From Verrucomicrobiia bacterium (GTDB lineage Bacteria > Patescibacteriota > Saccharimonadia > Saccharimonadales > JAGQNK01), in NCBI GenBank assembly GCA_035489575.1, contig DATHJY010000013.1, forward strand, positions 219,346 through 283,345: 64,000 bases of DNA, read 5' to 3'. Below are positions 9,078 through 16,384 of this stretch, piece after piece. The notes beneath the pieces were generated by a model. That model worked only from the letters and a program-made list of their open reading frames with translations. It was not told the DNA's origin and ran no database searches. The position numbers and the translations under genes were made by a program. Every line of letters begins with the position of its first letter. The first letter of the stretch is position 1.

Positions 9078-9770
9078 TCAGTACAAAGCACAGCTGGGCA
9101 AGCCCAGGCCGTGTCTGTCGGACTCGATGAGGGCCAGCTCGGGGATGTACACGATGCTGCCACTCCGAAGGATGCCGTACCAGCCACCGCCGTAGCAGTT
9201 GACTTCGAGCATCGATTCGCCCGGGTTCAGCTGGGTACCAGCGACGGCACAGCCGAGATCGGCGCAGTTGGCTACCGGCCGGGTCGACAGGTAGGTCGCC
9301 GACTCGATGGTGACGTAGCGCTTCTCGACACCCAGTGGCTCCGTGGTGGGAGGCGCAGGTGGCGTCGATGGCTGGGTTGTGACGGTTGTCGGTGGCGCGG
9401 GGGGCGCTGTCGTGTCGGGGTCGTTGGTCTCGGATGTACTGGCCGGTCGCACGCTCTGGGCAGCAGCTTGCTGCACAGCCGGCGGCTGGACGGTGGTGGT
9501 CGTGGCGTCGGGTTGATCGGTTGCCGTTGTCGGCGTCCGATGTGATGCCGTCGTGGTCGACGTGGTCGTGGTAGCCGACGCTGCGGCTGCGGTCTCGGCT
9601 GGCTTGTCCTCCGAATTGTCCGGGGGATTCAACAGCACGAAACCCAACAGAGCCAAGGCCCCGAAGATGAGCACGACCAGAACGCGCGCGAGACGACGCT
9701 GACCCTGGGGAACTCCCTCGAGGAGTTTTTTCAACTTTCTCACCTCACAGTGAAAGGTTCTGTACTGCAC
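9078..9770 (-). CDS. Membrane-anchored protein with a Thr/Pro/Ala-rich linker and a C-terminal SH3b-like domain (very high GC3)
   Basis: 230-aa ORF. It has an N-terminal TM helix (VLVVLIFGALALLGFVLL), a linker of about 110 aa (ATTTTSTTTAS...PPAPPTTVTTQPSTPPAPPTT), and a C-terminal YVTIESATYLSTRP...GWYGILRSGSIVYIPELAL stretch resembling bacterial SH3. Almost every codon ends in G or C. A TTG at 9734 preceded by gaggtga may be the real start. Confidence 0.6.
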   Translation of the reverse strand: MQYRTFHCEVRKLKKLLEGVPQGQRRLARVLVVLIFGALALLGFVLLNPPDNSEDKPAETAAAASATTTTSTTTASHRTPTTATDQPDATTTTVQPPAVQQAAAQSVRPASTSETNDPDTTAPPAPPTTVTTQPSTPPAPPTTEPLGVEKRYVTIESATYLSTRPVANCADLGCAVAGTQLNPGESMLEVNCYGGGWYGILRSGSIVYIPELALIESDRHGLGLPSCALY

Positions 9771-9866
9771 GCCAATCGCGCAAGAACTGTCTATATTATA
9801 GCATAAAAACTAAACTTAAGCAATACCACCCCTGTCGGGCCATTGCGATACTGCTACTATTATCGT

Positions 9867-10271
9867 ATGAGTAAAAATCAGACCAATCCACGCGTAGACA
9901 GTTACATAAATTCCCTGCCCGACTGGCAGTAAGCCATCTGTAAAAAGGTCCGCGACCTGGTACACCAAGCCGACCCAGAGGTGCAGGAAGAGATCAAACG
10001 GCGCATTTACCCGTACTTTACGCTCCAGGGCAACATCATTGCCCTCATGGGCACCAAAGACCACGTAAACGTCTTTATTTACGACCCTATCGCACCGGAT
10101 CCACAGGGCATCATAAACGCCGGTCAGGGCAACAAAACCGGTCGAGGCATCCAGATCTACCAGGGCGACCCCATCAACGAGCCTGCCCTCCTAAACCTCC
10201 TCAAAGCCGTAATAGCCAACAACCGAGCCGGCGGCTGGCGCAAACTAAGTCATAATATGTATGGGAAGTAG
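9867..10271 (+). pseudogene. DUF1801 (YdhG-like) gene interrupted by an in-frame TAA
   Basis: The ATG at 9867 reads MSKNQTNPRVDSYINSLPDWQ, then TAA at 9930-9932. The same frame continues AICKKVRDLVHQADPEVQEEIKRR... into the 9981-10271 track ORF. The joined sequence matches the DUF1801 pattern across the stop. Confidence 0.55.
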
Positions 10272-10288
10272 TCCTTAACAACCGCTAT

Positions 10289-10591
10289 CTAACTTTTGAA
10301 ACTGAAGATAAAATTATCTGAAGCTACTTCAAGCCCATTTTCTTTAATGTAATCTATTTTCTTGCTCTTAGAAGCACCTCTCAACTCAATAGGAAGTCTA
10401 GAGTTTATGTAAAAGAAGAGGTCTAAACTCTCTTGCTCTCGATTATCATCAACAGGAATAAGCCCGATTCTATTCCACAAATCTAAGTCAATTTTTTCGT
10501 CTAAGCAAAAAATAAACTTACCATTAAAATACATGTCGCCATACTCTTCATTGGTAAGCTTATTCTTCAGTCTAAAATGAAATTTCGCCAT
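10289..10591 (-). CDS. Small protein encoded downstream of, and overlapping, the HipA-like kinase gene (possible partner or antitoxin)
   Basis: 100-aa ORF in the same AT-rich island. Its start overlaps the kinase stop by 20 nt. The stretch LFFYINSRLPIELRG loosely recalls the FFxNLLP motif of the HipA N-terminal subdomain, but the spacing differs. Weak. Confidence 0.45.
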   Translation of the reverse strand: MAKFHFRLKNKLTNEEYGDMYFNGKFIFCLDEKIDLDLWNRIGLIPVDDNREQESLDLFFYINSRLPIELRGASKSKKIDYIKENGLEVASDNFIFSFKS

Positions 10592-11519
10592 CTAAAATTC
10601 CCTCGAGAATTTGTTGTCTTGTTACTAGAGAATAATACAGTAATTCCCTTCTCTTGTCGCTGTAGTCAATTAAGGGGTGGTGAGGCATCTTGATTATTTC
10701 TGCAGCAATCGAAAGACATTGTAATCTACGCCCCCACTCGGTATTTCTCTCTATATGTGACCAAATAATCTCAAATATATTTTTATCTTCACCAGCAGAA
10801 TCCCTAATCAAGGTGTATTTTTTGCCTAGTATATATCTTTTCTTAAATTGCTGTCGATCTCCGAGGTAGCGCTCAATGTCATCATCACTAAGCTCGAATA
10901 ATAGACTGCTACCGTGATCATAGAGGGGCGAAAAATGTCGCTTACTTACTAGGACACTTGGGTCAATCGCACGCTGACCCTTACGTATGGTAAAATGCTC
11001 AGATACTCCCCAGTTCTCATGATGCCGGTCCATGTTACCAATCCAGGCGTCAAATACAATCATTTCCGCAAAACTATCTAATATATCTTCAGGCGAATAA
11101 TAACGTGCTCGTATGCGCTTTTCTATTTCCTCTAATGTGAGTGAATCGGATGGTGTATTTACAATCCTCTGGCCGTAAGTAATCTCATAGTCTTTCGGGA
11201 ATATATTTCTCGCAAGTGTGGCAATCGGTAATAATTCTTCCTTGTTGCCAAGGTGCTGCTTAACAACTTTTATGATATTGGGGGGTATCTCTTTTATAGT
11301 TACTTCTTGGCAACGAACTTTTGCGATCTGTGCCAGTTTAGACGCGATCAATTCGCTAAACACCTCGCGAGAGTTGTGCCGAGAGAACTTAAGTAGAAAT
11401 GTTTGATTAGTCCTCTCATGAACAACAGTAACACGTGGCCGTGAGCCACCTACAACTTGAATTTTTAAAACCGGCTTGAAGGGCGGAAAGCTAAGCTTCT
11501 TTATTAAGTAATGTTTCAT
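10572..11519 (-). CDS. HipA/HipT-like serine/threonine kinase core (lacks the HipA N-terminal subdomain)
   Basis: 315 aa. A Gly-rich loop VVGGSRPRV lies about 20 aa from the N-terminus. The catalytic motif FDAWIGNMDRHHENWGV and FSPLYDHGSSL fit the HipA-family kinase pattern. The gene is visibly AT-rich relative to its flanks. Its ATG lies 29 nt inside the 3' end of glyQS. Confidence 0.7.
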   Translation of the reverse strand: MKHYLIKKLSFPPFKPVLKIQVVGGSRPRVTVVHERTNQTFLLKFSRHNSREVFSELIASKLAQIAKVRCQEVTIKEIPPNIIKVVKQHLGNKEELLPIATLARNIFPKDYEITYGQRIVNTPSDSLTLEEIEKRIRARYYSPEDILDSFAEMIVFDAWIGNMDRHHENWGVSEHFTIRKGQRAIDPSVLVSKRHFSPLYDHGSSLLFELSDDDIERYLGDRQQFKKRYILGKKYTLIRDSAGEDKNIFEIIWSHIERNTEWGRRLQCLSIAAEIIKMPHHPLIDYSDKRRELLYYSLVTRQQILEGILDGEISF

Positions 11520-12846
11520 GTAGCTCGTTGTAGCTAATGCGCTCCTGCTTGGTGGTGTCGCGGTTGCGGACGGTTACGGTGTTGTCTTCTAGGGTGTCGA
11601 AGTCGATGGTTACACAGTATGGGGTGCCGATCTCGTCTTGGCGGCGATACCGTTTACCTATGTTGCCGTTGTCGTCCCACATGACGTTGCCGATTTCTTT
11701 CTTTAGGCTCTTGTAGACTTCCTGAGCTTTTTCTACCAGTTCTGGTTTGTTCTTTAGGAGTGGGCTGACTGCAACTTTGTAGGGGGCTAGCTTGGGATCT
11801 AGTTTGAGGACAATGCGCTTTTCGCCGTTAATTTCTTCTTCGTGATAGGCATCTACCAACACAGCCAGGAACATGCGCCCCACACCCACGGATGATTCGA
11901 TAACGTAAGGGGTAAAACGTTCCTTGGTCGCGTCGTCGAAATACTGCAAGTCTTTGCCGCTGACCCGCATGTGATTTCCTAGGTCAAAATCTGTACGGTT
12001 ATGGGTGCCCCACAGCTCTTTGAAGCCCTGCGGAAACTTAAAGTAAATGTCATGGGCCGCTGCGGCATAGTGAGCTCGTTCGTCCTCGCCGTGTTCATGC
12101 CAGTCCAGATTAGATTCTTCTATACCAAGTCGCTCTGTCAAAAACTTCCAGGCAAAATCACGCCACTGCTCGTAGACATCTTTTTGATCGGCAGGACGAA
12201 TGAAATACTGCATTTCCATTTGTTCGAGCTCGCGGACACGAAAGATAAAATCACGCGGGCTTATCTCGTTTCGGAAGGCCTTTCCAATTTGGGCCACACC
12301 AAACGGCAGCTTGGCGCGCATGGTCTCGCGTACGTTTTCGTAGTTGGTAAAAATCGAACCAGCCGTCTCCGGGCGCAAATAGGCTACTGATGAATCGTCC
12401 TCGATAGGACCTACCCACGTTTTCATCATCATGTTGTAGAAACGCGGCTCGGTCAGTTCCTTCTTTCCACAGGTTGGGCACGCCTTGTCTTTCAGCAGCT
12501 CTTTGAGTTCATCCAGGTTAGTAGAGTCTGTGCCAGCAAGATGATCAGCCCGGTGACGTGCACCACAGTTTTTACAGTCCACGAGCGGATCGGTAAATCC
12601 CGCGATGTGACCACTTGCCTCCCATAGCTTAGGGTTCTGGATAATCGCACCGTCCACACCAAATATGTTGTCGCTCTCGCGGACCATAGCGTTCCACCAC
12701 GCTTGCTTGATATTATTGGCCAACTCTACGCCCAAAGGCCCATAGTCCCAGAATCCAGCCAAACCACCATAAATTTCGCTGGCCTGAAATACAAACCCAC
12801 GCCGCTTACATAGCGAAACAATGTCATCCATTTTTACATCACTCAT
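11491..12846 (-). CDS. glyQS: Glycine--tRNA ligase (dimeric class II type)
   Basis: 451 aa. RRGFVFQASEIYGGLAGFWDYGPLGVEL, FRNEISPR and the ESSVGVGRMFLA class II motifs are typical GlyQS. Confidence 0.95.
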   Translation of the reverse strand: MSDVKMDDIVSLCKRRGFVFQASEIYGGLAGFWDYGPLGVELANNIKQAWWNAMVRESDNIFGVDGAIIQNPKLWEASGHIAGFTDPLVDCKNCGARHRADHLAGTDSTNLDELKELLKDKACPTCGKKELTEPRFYNMMMKTWVGPIEDDSSVAYLRPETAGSIFTNYENVRETMRAKLPFGVAQIGKAFRNEISPRDFIFRVRELEQMEMQYFIRPADQKDVYEQWRDFAWKFLTERLGIEESNLDWHEHGEDERAHYAAAAHDIYFKFPQGFKELWGTHNRTDFDLGNHMRVSGKDLQYFDDATKERFTPYVIESSVGVGRMFLAVLVDAYHEEEINGEKRIVLKLDPKLAPYKVAVSPLLKNKPELVEKAQEVYKSLKKEIGNVMWDDNGNIGKRYRRQDEIGTPYCVTIDFDTLEDNTVTVRNRDTTKQERISYNELHETLLNKEA

Positions 12847-12899
12847 ATTGATGGTGATTATATCTGATTGGATCAGAGGTGTACAGCTCGCGCCGAGGG

Positions 12900-13595
12900 C
12901 TATATTCGAATTTGCTGGCGGAGTAGATTCTGAGCCAGCTTGAGGTCATCAACCACACATTTCTGTGCGTCAGCCACCTGCCGCAGCACCAGTGGGTCTT
13001 CTGCGGCATACCCAAGTCGTAACAATTTTATGTGGTTGGCCGTGAATGGCCCGCCCTCCTGCTGGCGAAAGCTCATAGATTCAAAGTCGAACAAGTAAGC
13101 CTGGCCTGCCTCCAGCTGGCGACCACTTGAGTCAGTCTGCAGGTTGGGCATATGACCAGTAACGTTCAGTAGCTGCATACAAAACCACAGGTCCACCAGC
13201 TCAGGCGACAGGCCGGCGTCGTTCAGTCCAGCCAGGGTTCGCTGCAAGATCAAGAAATATTCTTCGCCTGCTGCGTCTTCTGTTACGCGGTTGATCCGGC
13301 GCAAAAAGTCATAGGCCAGCATGGTCCGGACAATGTCCTGCACGATAGCGCCGTAGTGCGTTATCAAGCGCGACGACACCAAACTACCGATCTCTCCCCT
13401 TCCCGGCAGTACGGTTATATCACTGACGCTCAAAAGCTCTATGCCGCCAGCCAGTTTTGACCGTGGACGTCGCACTCCCTTGGCAATGACTTTCAGCTTG
13501 CCGTGATCAGGACTCAGAATAGTTAAGATCCGATCAGCCTCCTGGAAGTCGGTTCGAGTAAGCACGATGCCGCTGGTGGTCAGTTGATTTTTCAT
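12900..13595 (-). CDS. recO: DNA repair protein RecO
   Basis: 231 aa. The N-terminal OB-fold pattern GIVLTRTDFQEADRILTILSPDHGKLKVIAKGVRRPRSKLAG is typical of RecO. Confidence 0.85.
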   Translation of the reverse strand: MKNQLTTSGIVLTRTDFQEADRILTILSPDHGKLKVIAKGVRRPRSKLAGGIELLSVSDITVLPGRGEIGSLVSSRLITHYGAIVQDIVRTMLAYDFLRRINRVTEDAAGEEYFLILQRTLAGLNDAGLSPELVDLWFCMQLLNVTGHMPNLQTDSSGRQLEAGQAYLFDFESMSFRQQEGGPFTANHIKLLRLGYAAEDPLVLRQVADAQKCVVDDLKLAQNLLRQQIRI

Positions 13596-13960
13596 GCGGT
13601 GCTGTTAACCGCTTGTACAAGTTCTCGCAGCGATGTGGCAGGTTTATACAAGTGCCGCGTTATGCCGAGCTGCCGAGCCACTGGCGCGTCCAAATCGAGG
13701 CCGCCCATTGGTACCCAGGTATGGGCTATGACGGGGATAGTTTGCCACTCTGGATAAGACCGATATTCGTATAAAAACTCGACGCCAGAATGCCCGGGCA
13801 GTTGCAGCTCCAGAATCACCGCCTGGGGCTGGAACTTATCGGCCGCAAAAATAGCCGCCTGTGCGCTGTGGCACCCCCGCACTACATGGCCAGCCGCTTC
13901 TAGCGCCGCCGTATATATGGTGGCTAGCACGGCGTCTGGCTCTAGCAGCAAAACTCTCAC
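13592..13960 (-). CDS. Stand-alone receiver (REC) domain protein with Glu at the phospho-acceptor position
   Basis: 122 aa with CheY-like topology. It has VLLLEPD (acidic pocket), AVILELQLPGHSG where DxxMPG is expected (Asp to Glu), PVIAHT (conserved Thr) and LYKP (conserved Lys). It overlaps both neighbouring genes by 4 nt. Confidence 0.7.
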   Translation of the reverse strand: MRVLLLEPDAVLATIYTAALEAAGHVVRGCHSAQAAIFAADKFQPQAVILELQLPGHSGVEFLYEYRSYPEWQTIPVIAHTWVPMGGLDLDAPVARQLGITRHLYKPATSLRELVQAVNSTA

Positions 13961-14643
13961 GATACCAGCTGCAGCTGGCTGCTAGGGTGCAAAGTCGCGG
14001 CCAGGCCCGTTAAGCTGTTGTGGCGCGCCACACGCAAAGGTGCCGACATAGACCGAAGCAAGGTGTCGGCAATAAAGATACCCGCGCCAGCACCACTGCT
14101 GGCACTAGGCAGCGGCTGACGCACGTCACCATACAGCGCCCGGCCCCACCGAAAGACATCAGTGCTCAGACCCGCCTGGTTGTCGAATACGCCCGTTACC
14201 AGGCCCGTGCTGCTTCTGTGGGCCGCCAGAATCACCTGGTGCCGTTTGTCCTGAGGAGTCTGTGCCTCAATAAGGCTGTACCCCAGCAGCAACAGTGCCG
14301 ACTGCAGACTTTCGTTGTGGGCCATGACCGGGCCGTACTTGCCGCTCAGCCGAACCTCGACATCGCAGTTGTGGTCCTTGGCAAACTGCTCCAGCTGGTG
14401 CGCCGTGTCGGTCAGCACCGAAGATACCGATACCGGCTCTAGTTTTAGCAACGCCTGGGTCTGTCGATCAGCGCTCAGCAAAAAGGCGTCGACATAAGAC
14501 AACGCTGTCTCCGCAACAAACTGAACATGCGACAAATGTGCGGCGTCAGCAGACGACACACCTAATTCTGCCCGGCGGGCGATTTGCAATAAGGGCACTT
14601 TCAGCTGTTCAGCCAGCGCCCTTAGTAAACGCTCATCTGCCAA
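13957..14643 (-). CDS. Cytoplasmic histidine-kinase-like protein with degenerate H-box and N-box
   Basis: 228 aa with no TM segment. LAEQLKVPL aligns with the SHELRTPL H-box, putting Glu in the His position. The downstream layout LEPVSVSSVL...VEV...VMAHNESLQSALLLLGYSLIEA...FDNQAGL...GAGAGIFIADTLL follows the DHp plus HATPase_c order, but the N-box Asn is not evident. Aligned by eye. Confidence 0.45.
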   Translation of the reverse strand: MADERLLRALAEQLKVPLLQIARRAELGVSSADAAHLSHVQFVAETALSYVDAFLLSADRQTQALLKLEPVSVSSVLTDTAHQLEQFAKDHNCDVEVRLSGKYGPVMAHNESLQSALLLLGYSLIEAQTPQDKRHQVILAAHRSSTGLVTGVFDNQAGLSTDVFRWGRALYGDVRQPLPSASSGAGAGIFIADTLLRSMSAPLRVARHNSLTGLAATLHPSSQLQLVS

Positions 14644-14693
14644 AGAATAAACCCTCCTTGAGTACTTTGGATTATATACCCAAAAGAGGTGTC

Positions 14694-14857
14694 TATAGCA
14701 ACCCCTGTCTAAAAATTACTTCCGGAACAGATGCCTCGGTGAGTCAGAATTTTCTAGACTGAGTGAGGCATATCCATAGATACGTTGAGCGAAGGCTGGG
14801 AGATTCTGGCCGCCGAGGCGCTGGACCGGGAGTGAGATTTGGACAGGGGTTGCTATA
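14694..14857. repeat. Perfect 16-bp inverted repeat closing a ~165-nt intergenic element (candidate structured RNA or MITE-like element)
   Basis: tatagcaacccctgtc (14694-14709) is the exact reverse complement of gacaggggttgctata (14842-14857). There is an inner hairpin, atgcctc (14731-14737) with gaggcat (14765-14771). The element sits between two minus-strand genes. Confidence 0.4.
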
Positions 14858-14858
14858 C

Positions 14859-15605
14859 TTATGGCACAAAGGACAAATTTGGCAAAATGATATTGTTAAA
14901 ATCATTTATAAATGTCTGTGACAGTGTAGAAACACGGATAGTCTTGTCGCGCAGCGGCAACAAAACGGCACTGCCATTCACGCCTTTCTCTATCTCGCCG
15001 TTCACCCGCGTGCCAAGAACACTCGGTACCTTGGCTAGCGAAAACGGCTGCACCTGCACGGTTCCCTTTTTTGCAGCAGAATCGTAGCCGTTCAAAACTC
15101 CGTTATAGGGCTGTTGCAATACCTCTAGCTTGAGAGCAAAGGCTGTGCCAGACGACAGGCCAGGCACGAAGTCTGGATGAAAATGGCCAACGATCAAACC
15201 CCCAGAACGACCCGCCTCGTCTATATAAGCCGCCCAGGTCTTGGGGTATAGCATTTCAACCGAGCCATAGACAGTAGGACCCTTGTAGTCCTTAAAGGGA
15301 TTCTTTTCACGCTCGGCAAATTCTTTTTCTTTGGTGGTTTCTACCTCTTTTTTGGCGATAGTCACTGCGGCAGCGGCTTTTTGGTCTGAATTATTTTTGT
15401 AGTCCAGTCTCTCGCTGGAAGCCCATATAGCAAATGCCCCGGTCCCACACGACAACAGGAAAAGCACCACAACAGGAATAATCAGCCAGTTAAAATGCCT
15501 TCGTCTTCGAGACGCGGCCATACCTGGCTGCTGGCCAGGATACGGCAGCTGGCCGCCACTAGGCGGTAACCCCGGCTGCTGCGGGTATGGAGACTGCGGA
15601 TTCAT
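14859..15605 (-). CDS. Single-pass membrane protein with a Pro/Gln-rich N-terminal tail (hypothetical)
   Basis: 248 aa. MNPQSPYPQQPGLPPSGGQLPYPGQQPG is followed by RRRRH, then the TM helix WLIIPVVVLFLLSCGTGAFAIW, then a domain of about 170 aa with no motif I recognise. Confidence 0.5.
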   Translation of the reverse strand: MNPQSPYPQQPGLPPSGGQLPYPGQQPGMAASRRRRHFNWLIIPVVVLFLLSCGTGAFAIWASSERLDYKNNSDQKAAAAVTIAKKEVETTKEKEFAEREKNPFKDYKGPTVYGSVEMLYPKTWAAYIDEAGRSGGLIVGHFHPDFVPGLSSGTAFALKLEVLQQPYNGVLNGYDSAAKKGTVQVQPFSLAKVPSVLGTRVNGEIEKGVNGSAVLLPLRDKTIRVSTLSQTFINDFNNIILPNLSFVP

Positions 15606-15634
15606 ATAACTAATGCTAACTCAGAACCCCTAGC

Positions 15635-16177
15635 CTACGCAAGCTGCTCTTTAGGGGTATTAGTGTTGTCGTAGATATACAGATACACCCCTTTTTTATC
15701 TTTTGTCGCTTCTTTGCCTGGTACCTTAAAAGTAAAGCTGGCAAGTTTGACTTGTTGTTCGGGATAGTTCTGAATAATCTTTTTATCCAACTTTTTCATA
15801 TATCTGTCTAACAGAAATACGTATATTCCGTCTGCCCGGGGCCACACATGGGACCAATAATTACCCCATATAATCTTTACATGACTGCGGTATTTGTAGG
15901 TACGAATATAACTGACCAATACCAGGAGCGGGTTAAGCTCGTAACCAATTACTCGCAGCCCTTGTTCGGCGGCGGCCAACAGCATAGTGCCATCACCGCT
16001 GCCTAGCTCTAGGAGCGTCTGGCCCTTTTCGAGCCCCAGGAGCTCTAGTGCCGCTTGTTTTTGCGGCTTGAGCGTAGGCAGATAAGGTGCCCCGAAAAAT
16101 ATAACAAACCCAAACAGTAATATGACCCATGCAACCACCAGATATAGCACCAACATCATACGCTTCCAGCCTCCCAA
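15635..16177 (-). CDS. Class I SAM-dependent methyltransferase with an N-terminal membrane anchor
   Basis: 180 aa with the TM helix MMLVLYLVVAWVILLFGFVIFFG and SAM motif I LLELGSGDGTMLLAAAEQGLRVIGYELNP. Confidence 0.7.
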   Translation of the reverse strand: MGGWKRMMLVLYLVVAWVILLFGFVIFFGAPYLPTLKPQKQAALELLGLEKGQTLLELGSGDGTMLLAAAEQGLRVIGYELNPLLVLVSYIRTYKYRSHVKIIWGNYWSHVWPRADGIYVFLLDRYMKKLDKKIIQNYPEQQVKLASFTFKVPGKEATKDKKGVYLYIYDNTNTPKEQLA

Positions 16178-16365
16178 TTGGCTTTTATTTTTGCCACCTT
16201 ATTTTCTGCTTGCTTCAGATATGTTTCTAGTTCTTTTGTAATCTTCATGCCACGCTCGTACAGAGCCACAGCCTCGTCAACGTCCAGACCGCCGGTCTGT
16301 AGCTTGGCCAGGGTATCTTCCAGCTCTATACTGAGCGCCTTGTAATCTATCTTAGCCTGTGCCAT
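16156..16365 (-). CDS. xseB: Exodeoxyribonuclease VII small subunit
   Basis: 69 aa. LEDTLAKLQTGGLDVDEAVALYERGMKITKELETYL is the XseB helical hairpin pattern. It lies directly downstream of xseA. Confidence 0.85.
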   Translation of the reverse strand: MAQAKIDYKALSIELEDTLAKLQTGGLDVDEAVALYERGMKITKELETYLKQAENKVAKIKANWEAGSV

Positions 16366-16384
16366 TTGTGCCTATTATAGCTCA

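Noticed and set aside
8715-9545. A 276-aa plus-strand ORF, together with the 73-codon N-terminal extension of the def ORF (8969-9187).
   Set aside because: Both lie in or next to the very GC-rich 9078-9770 gene, where stop codons are rare in all frames. Their translations are Arg/Cys/Gly-rich nonsense with no motifs. The minus-strand TP-linker/SH3b-like frame has the coherent GC3 pattern, and def has a proper internal start at 8968.
9930-9932. In-frame TAA as possible stop-codon reassignment or readthrough.
   Set aside because: Intact RF1 and RF2 genes are present, and all other genes in the window end normally at TAA, TAG or TGA. A single case fits a nonsense mutation or sequencing error better.
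14694-14857. SRP (4.5S) RNA, suggested by a ccggaa segment within a long closed helix.
   Set aside because: Neither strand shows the conserved helix-8 features (a GNAR tetraloop hairpin with AGCAGC/GGAAG-type asymmetric loops). I kept it only as an unassigned structured element.
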